From contig NC_092351.1 in assembly GCF_963676685.1 (NCBI RefSeq), forward strand, positions 44,020,001 to 44,084,000: a stretch of 64,000 nt of DNA, in the 5' to 3' direction. The notes below the pieces were generated by a model, which had not been told where the DNA came from, did not search any database, and was given only the letters and a program-made list of their open reading frames with translations. The DNA is from Mytilus edulis (Eukaryota). Made by a program: the position numbers and the translations under genes. Below are positions 14,313 to 24,420 of the stretch, in pieces; positions within the stretch are counted from its first letter, which is position 1; each line of letters starts with the position of its first letter.

Positions 14313-14444
14313 CAAACCAAAACATGCATGATATTACCCAAGGATGCTCTCTTATAAATTTGATAACATCCTCTTCCGGTTTATTTTTTACTGCAAGCAA
14401 GAACTCGTACTTTTCTTTACGTGTCAGTTTCACTCTATCCGCCA
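14313..14444 (-). CDS. 132-nt phase 1/1 upstream exon of the gene A locus
   Basis: TTTTAG|TG...TTTG|GTAAG; encodes ADRVKLTRKEKYEFLLAVKNKPEEDVIKFIREHPWVISCMFWF. A homologous exon of the same length lies at 55668-55799. Confidence 0.75.
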
Positions 14445-14981
14445 CTAAAAATACAACGAATGGAAAATATAGGAATGATCGTACAGAAACACATAGATAT
14501 AATAAGATGTAGTATGAGTTCCAATGAGACAACTCTCCATTCAAGTCACAATTTGTAATATTAAACCATTATATGTCAAAGTACGTATCTTGGCTCACAC
14601 CAGTTAGCAAGCTATAAAGGGTCACCAACATGACTAGTGTAAAACCATTCAAACGGGAAACCAGCAGTCTTATCTTAATAAAATCAAGAGGCTGACAAGT
14701 GATATTAAACCGGATTTTTATGCAGAGGTCGAACCCTAAACATTTAAGATAGTATGGATAAAACATTAAAGCTTATAACAGTTCCGAAATTTGATTGTGA
14801 TTGCATGTTAAAAAAGATTATTATCTTATAAATAATGAAAATGATACTTGAAAATCTATACCCCAAACAGTATTCTGTAAAAATGAGAGCGCCAGCCAAT
14901 GTAGAATGATGAAATAAATATATTATAAGGATACGCACAGTAAAACTCAATTCAAAAGATATGCGAGTCCGATATCAAAAC

Positions 14982-16229
14982 TATGGCACGCCGTTTTCAT
15001 ATTTATTCAAATTTGAAGATTTCTTATTTATTTAACAAGATATCTTATTAAGTATTAAGATATCTTTAATTTTTATAAGATATCTTATTTAATTTGAAAG
15101 TAAATAAGATATCTCTATTAGTTTATAAGATATCTCTATAAGTTTATAAGATATCTCTATAAGTTAATAAGATATCTCTATTAATAAATAAGATATCTTA
15201 CTTCTTTATAAAGATATCTTTTAAATACATACTTTATAAGATATCTTATAAATTAATAGAGATAGCTTATTAACTAATAGAGATATCTTATTAACTTATG
15301 GAGATATCTTATATATTAAATAAGATATATGTGTAACCAATTAAATTAGATATCTCTATAAGTTAATAAGATATCTTTAAAAGTTTATAAGATATCTCTA
15401 TTAGTTTATAAGATATCTTATAAATTAATAGAGATAGCTTATTAACTAATAGAGATATCTTATTAACTTATGGAGATATCTTATATATTAAATAAGATAT
15501 CTGTGTAACCAATTAAATTAGATATCTCTATAAGTTAATAAGATATCTTTAAAAGTTTATAAGATATCTCTATTAGTTTATAAGATATCTCTATAAGTTA
15601 ATAAGATATCTCTATAAGTTAATAAGATATCTCTAAAAGTTTATAAGATATCTCTATTAGTTTATAAGATATCTCTATATGTTAATAAGATATCTCTATT
15701 AATTAAGAAGATATCTTATAAAGTATATAAGATATCTTACTTCTTTATAAAGATATCTTTTAAATACATACTTTATAAGATATCTTATTAATTAATAGAG
15801 ATATCTTATTAATTAATAGAGATATCTTATAAACTAATAGAGATATCTTATTAATTAATAGAGATATCTTATAAACTAATAGAGATATCTTATTAACTTA
15901 TGGAGATATCTTATTTAGTAAATAAGATATCTCTATTATTAACTATATAAAAGATATCTTATATAGTTAATAAGATATCTTATAAATTAATAGAGATATC
16001 TTATATTTTAAATAAGATATCTTATATATTTAATAAGATATCTTTATAAACATTTTAATAAGATATCTTATTTAATATATAAGATATCTTATTTAATAAA
16101 TCAGATATCTCAATTAATATATAAGATATCTCATTTTGTTATTTAGATATCTCAATTAGTTTATAAGATATCTTATTTAACTAAATAAGATATCTCGAAA
16201 TTGAATAAATATAATAACGGCGTGCCATA
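14982..16229. mobile_element. Non-autonomous IS3EU-type DNA element filled with AGATATCT repeats
   Basis: TIRs TATGGCACGCCGTT and AACGGCGTGCCATA; 6-bp TSD CAAAAC (14976-14981, 16230-16235). TAYGG termini with a 6-bp TSD are IS3EU hallmarks. Confidence 0.8.
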
Positions 16230-17330
16230 CAAAACAGATAACAGAATGAACTATAATCAACATGACAATGATACATACATTAATAAAGGACTTCTAGCAG
16301 TTACTGAAATGCCAGCTTCAGCCCTAAATTGAACTGATTGACAGACAATGTGTTTGTCATATATGTAAATCAATCGCAATCCCTCCCGTACGGGTTTTAA
16401 GATCATACATTAAAAAAAATATATAAGAAGAAGATAACTTGTACCATGCCAACAACTGGTTTTAGAATGCATTTATAATTATTTATTTCCGATTCAAAGA
16501 CCCTATGAGTGAATCAATATTAATTCCAAAATGTGCCATCATTAACCGACGTACGAACCTACATAAGGACGAAGTTTAAAGTGAATGCCTCCGCCGCTAC
16601 GGATGAACATAAAAATTACATAAAGAGTTTGATCATATATAGTCACATTCTAACTTTATAAACAGCCATTTGATTAGATGCTTTAATTTTTCTTAAAGAG
16701 ATTATGAGGCAAAGTGATATAATGGGCAGAGAACAGATACAAAATCAGCATGTTAAGCATGTAATTAAGTTCAAACTGCAAAGAATATGGCATTTATATC
16801 GTTTTTTGCCTGTGACCTTTTGATGTTGGTTTTTACACGTTGAACTACGTAAGAACAATATGAGGTTTATGTAAACATGATATTAAGATATGTGGTTAAC
16901 AGTAAAGAAATTAATGGTCCCAAAAATAATGATTGAATAGAGAAAGTTTAGCAAAAACATAATTGAGCCGCGTCGGATAGAAATCGACCTTATGCAAAAA
17001 AAAAATAAGTTTTGTTCATATTAATTTTGCTTTTAGTCATACAATTTGAATGCAAAAAACCGTTTTACTCTAGCTTTCTCTTTCAAAAGTTTCGCTATTT
17101 CAAAGTTGTGACGGCTACATATATTTAACTTCAGAATCTCACGACAACGTCGTGAAATTAGCATTATCGTGCATTAATTTTATTCTTTATCGGTCCTTTT
17201 CTCGTTATAGAGAGAGCCACGAAAACATGCATTGGTATACAATATTTAATTTATTTTATAAGATTGTTACAATGAAAACATAAATGATTCTCTAGTTTTC
17301 AATCCAACTGTAACCAGTACATGTGAAATG

Positions 17331-17663
17331 TTACTCCTCTGAAGCACGAGGACAAAATTCGTCACGGAAATTATACTGGAAAAAAGGACGGACTTCATTG
17401 TACAGATAACGCATTCTCTCCTCTGTCAGCCCTGCTGGCTGAATAACTTCTGGAAGTTTCGTGAGTAACTCCGGTACGTTTGTGCTTTCCTTAAGCAAAG
17501 CCAGTCTTTACTCCGGTTGATCAAGAGTTTCTCTCGCAAATACGACTCTAGTAAATCGGAAGTGATGGAATTTTCCTATACCTCTGGGTGGTTTGAAATA
17601 ATTAGTGAAGAAATTATCCCATCTGTACCACTTTTAAGCTGTGTTCGTCATCGTCATTTTCAT
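17331..17663 (-). pseudogene. C-terminal part of the Sola-type transposase
   Basis: Translates WYRWDNFFTNYFKPPRGIGKFHHFRF...PAGLTEERMRYLYNEVRPFF...DEFCPRASEE*; continuous with 23559-24420 once the Ngaro insert is removed. Confidence 0.75.
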
Positions 17664-17871
17664 ATTTTTTTCAAAAAGTTATTCTTGATTTGATTTGAGC
17701 TTTTCGTCGTTTGTTCATTTCTTCAGAAAGAATCATCGTTTATGTAACGAATTATATATAGTATTTATTCAACTTGAGCAGTTCGTCGTTTGTTCAATTT
17801 GTATCAACGCTTGTCGTCGTCGTTGAGAATTGTACAGCTTTTGTTACTTGTATTTAATATTTTCGTTAGTT

Positions 17872-19329
17872 ATGGATCGTCCTAAGAGAAAAGTGGGAAT
17901 AATAGACTATAAAAAATTTAATAATTTTGGAACTTCTTGTATAGATGACATGGCTTATGAGTATGTATTTCAGAAAATGGCCGATAATAACTCAGATCGG
18001 GATGAATTAGAACTGCATGCAGAGGAAGATGACATGCTTGATCTTATGTCAGATGATGAGAATAACAAGATAAATGAAGCCGCAGCATTGATCTTCACCA
18101 CGCCCCTCAAGAAAAATAGCAAAGAGAGTGAAGAGTTGAAACCTCGGGAGTCCGATGAAGAGCTGGAATTAAGAGTCAAGCTATTAGAAGAAAAGAAACA
18201 AAGACTCAAGAGGGAGCAGCTCAACCAACGTATCAAAGAATTGGAGGCGGAAGTGGATGGGCTGTCAAAATCAGAAGAAAAGCCCAAAAAGAAATCAAAG
18301 AAATCAAAGGGTGAGATCACTTTAACAAATTTAAGAGCTAATGATAAATTAAATAAAGAGGTTAATGATGAATTGAAGAGGTTAGGTTTGGATTTTGACA
18401 CTAAATTTAGTGGAAAGTCCGATCTCGCTGAAACTTCAAAAGAGAAAAACGTGAAAGTTAAAAGCGAAAAAGTAACAAATGAACAAGAGTTATTGCAGCA
18501 ATTGAAAAAGATGAATTTAGCTAAGGGTTCTATTTCTAAAACTACTTAACATAAGAAAAAACATTTGGATTCTAAATCTCATGATCAGAAGGTAGTACAG
18601 TTGCCTGAATCTGTATTGAGAGGGAACAGTAGTACCGAGTCTGAATCTGAAACAAGTTCAAATTCCAGCTCTGAGGATTCATCTGATTATGAATTGTCAG
18701 CGAAATTATCATCAAGGAAAAAGAGTAAAAAGTTAAAGTCAGGACTTAAAATAAAATCTGCAGATAAAGTTATAAATCCACAGTCTTTTCCACATAATTT
18801 TTTACAATATGAGTATGTGAGTAAGGATTTGGAGTTTAAGCAATTGAATTTTAAAATGCTTGTTGCAGGTGAACTTGAAATTATAAATAATTTCTGCAAA
18901 AATAAATTGGAAAAAGAAGGACGTTTAAAATTATTACAGAAAATCGCATACTTTAGCTCCATTTATAACTGGGCATCGGTTTTAGAATTTTACGCCGCTT
19001 GGTTAAGATTAATTGAATTAGGTAGAAAAACATGGTCTGATGACTCACAGATTTTGGAAAATGTTATGTTAAGTGGACAAAGTTTGCCAAAAGAAGTGAG
19101 GCAAGCCAATTTTAGTTCAGTGTCCAAAAACCAGAATGGTGAGGGGCAAATTTGGTTTTGTGTTAAGTATCAACGCAATAAATGTGAGCACAGCAACTCA
19201 ACTCACACTACAGTTATTAGAGGTATAACTAGAACCGTGCATCACATATGTGCTTCATGTTGGCAAAAAGAACATATCCAAAAAACACACCCTGAGTGTT
19301 CAGACAATTGCCCAAATAAAAAAGCCTGA
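17872..19329 (+). pseudogene. Gag-like ORF1 with C-terminal Cys/His finger, one premature stop
   Basis: ORFs 17830-18549 and 18565-19329 are in the same frame, separated by one TAA (18547-18549). C-terminus CVKYQRNKC...H...HICASC...HPEC...CP. Confidence 0.8.
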
Positions 19330-19368
19330 CTACTAAACGCATGTTTACATAAGAAAGATCATTGTAAA

Positions 19369-20165
19369 TTGTGTATTGCAGTTTTTGAAGTTATTTTACC
19401 AGAACAAAATTTTCTTTTGAATTTGCACAATTCCTTTATTGGCGTTCCAGGATATAATTTTGATTTATTTAAAGTTCCAGTTTATTCTAAATTAATAGGA
19501 AAACTGAATTTTATTGCTAGTTGTGTTCGACAAGGTCGTATTTTTATATCAAGAATTTTAAATTTTTTTAGGGAGTTTAAAAATGAGGATTGTATTTTAG
19601 AGGTTTCCGTGGAATTGAAGCATGATCTTCTCTGGTGGTCAGAATTCTTGGAGATATATAATGGTGTTTCACTGTTAAATCTTCAAGAGTGGACAGAACC
19701 AGACGAGTATATGGCTTCAGATGCATGTTTGGTAGGTTGTGGAGGAGTTTCGAATGGACAGTTTTTTCACTGTGTGTTTCCAGATTTCATTGTACAGCAA
19801 AGCTTACATATAAATGCTTTGGAATTATTGTCAGTTATTGTGTGTTTGAAATTGTGGGGACAGAGAGGCAGAAAGATATGTATTCAGTGTGACAATATGG
19901 TTTCAGTCCAAGTTATCAATCAAGGGAATTCAAGGAGTCGTTTTTTACAAGCTTGTCTTAGAGAATATGTTTTATTTGTGCAATTAAAGAATGTGAATTA
20001 AGAGCTATTCATATAGACGGTATTGAGAATAGGTTACCAGATATGTTGTCCAGATGGAGTTTGTCAGATAGTTACTCTGTGCAGTTTTATGAAGCAATTG
20101 AAGGTAGAAATTTTCAACATGTTAATGTAGATTCAAATTTTTTCAGATTCTGTCACAATTGGTGA
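19369..20165 (+). pseudogene. pol remnant: RT domain deleted, DIRS-type RNase H retained with a frameshift
   Basis: NFDLFKVPVYS is fused directly to KLIGKLNFIASCVRQGRIF. RNase H motifs ASDAC, HINALELL and CDN are present. After a frameshift near 19965 it reads RAIHIDGIENRLPDMLSRW...CHNW*. Confidence 0.85.
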
Positions 20166-20190
20166 ACTTAGTTTATCGGTAGATCTTCAC

Positions 20191-21138
20191 ATGCTTAAAA
20201 CACAAGCACAAGAATCTTTGAAATCTGCACACGCTTCAGGAACTAGAAAAAATTTAAAGATACAGTGGAAAGCCTTTTTCCTGTTTTGTCATTTTTATAA
20301 TTTAAAGACATTGCCTTGCGAGTTAAATACACTTTGCTTGTTTGCACAATTTTTAAGTAGATCATTCAAAAGTGTAGACTCAATCAGAAATTATCTGAAT
20401 GGAGTTAAGGTGTTACATCTACTTTTTGATCTACCTTTTATTCATTTTGAGTCATTCTATTTTAGATTGTTTATGAAGGGATTAAAACGATGCAATCCTC
20501 ACACAGTTCGGGCAGCTCTTCCAATCACACCTAGTATTTTATTAAAAATAAGGGAGGAATTAAATTTTGATGAGATCAATAGTTACACTTATTGGTGCAT
20601 TTTTCTTTTTGCTTTCTATTTGATTTGTAGAAAATCCAATTTGGTTGGGACAGTAGATGATAGCTCTAAATGTTTGCATAGAGAAAATATTTCAGTTTTT
20701 GAAGATTATTTACTAGTTCAGTTTCGTTGGTCTAAGACTATACAATTTGGGGAGAGAGTTTTAGAAATACCAATTGTTAAAAATTTATCCTCTCCGTTGT
20801 GTGCTTTTAGTGCATTTAAGGCCATGTGCGCAAAATTTCCTGCTTTAGCATCTTCCCCAGCTTTTCTTGTTTTATCTGGTAGAAAAACTAAGCCAGTGTC
20901 CTACAATATGTTACAGAATTTTTTGAAAAACATTGTGGAGAAAATTGGGTTAGATCCAACACAATATTCTTCTCATAGCTTCAGAAGAGGAGGTGCAACT
21001 TGGGCATTCCAATGTGGTGTATCTTCTGAACTCATTCAATTACAAGGGGATTGGAAGAGTGACGCCTATAAATTGTATCTTAGATATGGTTTAAATGATA
21101 AGATGCAAGTCTCGTCAAAAATGATGTGTCGACTGTGA
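20191..21138 (+). CDS. Tyrosine recombinase (YR) of the retroelement, intact frame
   Basis: 315 aa with catalytic-type motifs CRKSNL, SKT, HSFRRGGAT and GDWKSDAYKLY. Confidence 0.95.
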   Translation: MLKTQAQESLKSAHASGTRKNLKIQWKAFFLFCHFYNLKTLPCELNTLCLFAQFLSRSFKSVDSIRNYLNGVKVLHLLFDLPFIHFESFYFRLFMKGLKRCNPHTVRAALPITPSILLKIREELNFDEINSYTYWCIFLFAFYLICRKSNLVGTVDDSSKCLHRENISVFEDYLLVQFRWSKTIQFGERVLEIPIVKNLSSPLCAFSAFKAMCAKFPALASSPAFLVLSGRKTKPVSYNMLQNFLKNIVEKIGLDPTQYSSHSFRRGGATWAFQCGVSSELIQLQGDWKSDAYKLYLRYGLNDKMQVSSKMMCRL

Positions 21139-21199
21139 TATATGTTTTTTATTTGGTGTTATAATTTTATTAGTTAATAATTTAAATTATATTGTAGGT

Positions 21200-21727
21200 T
21201 TGAAGGCATGGGGTAAACCCAGTTTAGTTATTTCAGATTCAATTTTAAAGTATCTTCCAGAGATGAGGAATACGCAACTTCATGCCTTTGGGGGCCTGAG
21301 TTGTGAAATGCTTTTAAGGAAATTAAAAAACAGGGTATTCACCTGGTACCATTTTAATAATATAATTGTACATGTTGGTACAAATGATGTATTTAATATA
21401 AATGCTAATTTATTTGAAAAATACATTCGTGATATTATACATGAATTGAGAATTTGTAATCCAGATTGTGTTATTATTTTATCTTCTGTATTACCTAGAC
21501 CATGTGATTTTGATCAGTCTGAATTGTTCGTCATTAATTTTAACAATGTACTAAAACAGTTGGCTTCCTCTCTAACTGATGTCAAATACATGCAATGTGA
21601 GAAGACTTTTTATAGTAGAGTGAGAAAGCCAATTAACACTTTGTTTACAGTTGACAAATTACATTTGTCCACCACTGGTCTTAATAAAGTTTTTAGCTTT
21701 ATAGCTAATACTCTTGCACATGTTTAA
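21200..21727 (+). CDS. SGNH/GDSL hydrolase-like ORF of the retroelement
   Basis: Blocks VISDSIL, HVGTND and DKLHL. No ATG at the start; preceded by a possible acceptor TTGTAG|G at 21197/21198. Confidence 0.85.
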   Translation: MKAWGKPSLVISDSILKYLPEMRNTQLHAFGGLSCEMLLRKLKNRVFTWYHFNNIIVHVGTNDVFNINANLFEKYIRDIIHELRICNPDCVIILSSVLPRPCDFDQSELFVINFNNVLKQLASSLTDVKYMQCEKTFYSRVRKPINTLFTVDKLHLSTTGLNKVFSFIANTLAHV

Positions 21728-21918
21728 ATCCTTTAAGGTAGAATGAATTTTATTTGTGTTTGAAACTTGATTAAGAATTTAAAATTCAAATTTACTGGTA
21801 AATTGCAGCTTAATTTTAGGAGAAGGTTTACTCTTAATCTCCGCACGAGAGAGAGTAGACTTTTGATCCTGTTTTTTCTATTATTCTAGAAGGTTTACAC
21901 TGTTGACTCTATCATGCA

Positions 21919-21990
21919 TCCTTGTTAGTACAATGGTTAGTACACCTGTCCTTGTGATGGGGGATCGAGGTTCGAGTCCTCGACTTGGAT
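21919..21990 (+). tRNA. tRNA-like element (tRNA-Asp-like body, non-canonical anticodon loop) inside the retroelement
   Basis: A box TAGTACAATGG; B box GGTTCGAGTCC; D stem GTAC/GTAC; T stem CGAGG/CCTCG; anticodon stem CCTGT/ATGGG; acceptor TCCTTGT/ACTTGGA with two U:U mismatches. Confidence 0.75.
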
Positions 21991-22096
21991 TATAGAAGAT
22001 GGTGTAGACTCACTCTCTTATTATTTTAGAATTATTATAAAAGTTGCAATTTGCAGTTTCTGTGATTTGGTTATTTTTTTGGCGGACCTTCGGTTT

Positions 22097-23172
22097 GGCG
22101 GGTATGAAATTTATATTTCATTTGTATTTCATAGAATTTTTAATTTGTTATGCTTCATTCTTTAAATTTATGAAGATACTACTTAGTAGTTCTTTAATTC
22201 AGTTTATTTGTCAGTTATAATCTATGATCACTTTGTATTTCATTTGTATTATATTCTTGACATATGTATATATATGATTATGACTACCTGCTAAGCCTAA
22301 ATAAAAGTTTTTATTTAAACGGTATTTTCTTCTGAATTAATTTGTAAATTTTTGATTAAAAATGATTAATTAATGAAGAATCAGAAAAACAATTTAGTGA
22401 ACTGGTAAATGGACAATTGGTCTCACTTCATTTAACAGTGAGCACATATCTGGTCAAGGTTTAGTTGCTCTGCTTTCTAAATTAAATTAAACACGTTTTT
22501 TATTGGTCAAGCAGTACAGTAATTTATATTGGATAAAAATTTCAATTTAAAAGTAGAACTCACTATTGATTTTCACTTTTCAGAAACACCAGAAAACAGG
22601 TAGTCAACATTTTTAATAATTTAGAATTTTTATGTTTAAATATGTCTTAGTTTGTCGTTGAAACTTCTATCAGCGTAGCCAATTTGTTAAAGAACATTGT
22701 GTTTCGTCGTTTGTTCTTTTTTCAAAACCCTCCCTCCCATTCCCTTAAGGTGGAATATGTTTGTACGAGGCGGGTATGAAATTTATATTTCATTTGTATT
22801 TCATAGAATTTTTAATTTGTTATGCTTCATTCTTTAAATTTATGAAGATACTACTTAGTAGTTCTTTAATTCAGTTTATTTGTCAGTTATAATCTATGAT
22901 CACTTTGTATTTCATTTGTATTATATTCTTGACATATGTATATATATGATTATGACTACCTGCTAAGCCGAGGCGGGTATGAAATTTATATTTCATTTGT
23001 ATTTCATAGAATTTTTAATTTGTTATGCTTCATTCTTTAAATTTATGAAGATACTACTTAGTAGTTCTTTAATTCAGTTTATTTGTCAGTTATAATCTAT
23101 GATCACTTTGTATTTCATTTGTATTATATTCTTGACATATGTATATATATGATTATGACTACCTGCTAAGCC
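22097..23172 (+). repeat. Three 201-bp 'B' direct repeats (22097-22297, 22769-22969, 22972-23172)
   Basis: Copies read GGCGGGTATGAAATT...ACCTGCTAAGCC and appear identical by eye. Confidence 0.95.
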
Positions 23173-23564
23173 TTTTTTGAAAAAAGAACAAACGACGAAA
23201 CACAATGTTCTTTAACAAATTGGCTACGCTGATAGAAGTTTCAACGACAAACTAAGACATATTTAAACATAAAAATTCTAAATTATTAAAAATGTTGACT
23301 ACCTGTTTTCTGGTGTTTCTGAAAAGTGAAAATCAATAGTGAGTTCTACTTTTAAATTGAAATTTTTATCCAATATAAATTACTGTACTGCTTGACCAAT
23401 AAAAAACGTGTTTAATTTAATTTAGAAAGCAGAGCAACTAAACCTTGACCAGATATGTGCTCACTGTTAAATGAAGTGAGACCAATTGTCCATTTACCAG
23501 TTCACTAAATTGTTTTTCTGATTCTTCATTAATTAATCATTTTTAATCAAAAATTTACAAATTA
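22338..23564. repeat. 390-bp inverted repeat pair 'A' (22338-22727 and 23175-23564)
   Basis: TAATTTGTAAATTTTTG...GTTCTTTTTTCAAAA and its reverse complement. Confidence 0.95.
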
Positions 23565-24420
23565 TCCCATCTGTACCACTTTTAAGCTGTGTTCGTCATC
23601 GTCATTTTCATTATAAACTTCTGACCTATTGCATTTGGCAGAATTGTCAACAATTTAAACCAGTTGTGATCCAGTGTTTACGTCCAACTTTCTAAAAAAA
23701 ATTCAACATGCCAAAACATGCGTCACATAAACATTCTGTGTGCCCAGCAATCATAAAATGCAAATTAATAGTTTTGTGTAAACCCTTTGCGCACCTCCAC
23801 AACAGATAATGTAAAGTAGTTTTATTTTTGTTTTGTCCCACAGAATTATCAGCATGAAAATGACACGCCTTTTCATCGTAAGAATTACCATGCAGATAAT
23901 GGTGGAGCATGCTTAAAACAGCATTGGGTCCATGTGTCCGACTTCCATTTTCCCCGATTGTTTGTTGCTCATCAATAGAATAATTCGTTTGCATTGGAAA
24001 GTTTTCATCGCAAACTCCAAATATTTGAACCTTTCGAGGCGTTAAAAAGTAAATAGCTCCAACCTCTTGGGACGAATGTTGCAAGTTTATATATTGTGAA
24101 AAGTCAATAGTGTAATGAACATTTTCAAAAATTTTTGAACATGGAGTGTTATACTTTCCTATTGGAGACTAAGCCAACTAAATTCATCACGTGATCTTTG
24201 TGTACATAATTTATAATATTCACGCTGCGTCCGCGCAGACTGTATATGGTCAATTAATTTTTGAGTTCTCTCTTATTTCGCGTCTTCTGAAATAGATCCG
24301 GAAATATCATCCCTCAACTGAAAACGCGTTTTACACAGATCCGTCTTTGGTTTCATAAATTGAATATGAGGGACAGATGCATTCCAAACTTCTTTAAATA
24401 CGGTTAGTTGAACCATAGAT
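23559..24420 (-). pseudogene. Central part of the Sola-type transposase
   Basis: Motifs FKEVWNASVPHIQFMKPKTDLC, HYTIDFSQ, YFLTPRKVQIFGV, HADNSVGQNKN and FMIAGHTECLCDACFG, with stops and frameshifts. Confidence 0.8.

Larger units (their letters stand above)
17664..23564 (+). mobile_element. Ngaro-type tyrosine-recombinase retrotransposon, RT-deleted and with rearranged termini
   Basis: Order gag / RNase H / YR / SGNH hydrolase plus split direct repeats; flanked by a 53-bp direct repeat of host sequence (17611-17663, 23559-23611). Confidence 0.9.

Noticed and set aside
15030-16200. CRISPR-like regular repeat array
   Set aside because: No unique spacers and no cas genes; eukaryotic context; enclosed by TIRs and a TSD.
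17611-17663. 53-bp direct repeat as a terminal repeat of the Ngaro element
   Set aside because: It translates as part of the interrupted Sola transposase on the minus strand, so it is target DNA.
17970-18962. Antisense ORFs over gag (similarly 9070-9336, 10803-11219, 49337-49540, 63057-63338)
   Set aside because: Shadow frames of real coding regions with no motifs of their own.
21919-21990. Functional translational tRNA-Gln(TTG) or tRNA-His
   Set aside because: C33 and T37 in the loop, two U:U acceptor mismatches and an Asp-like body argue against a decoding role.
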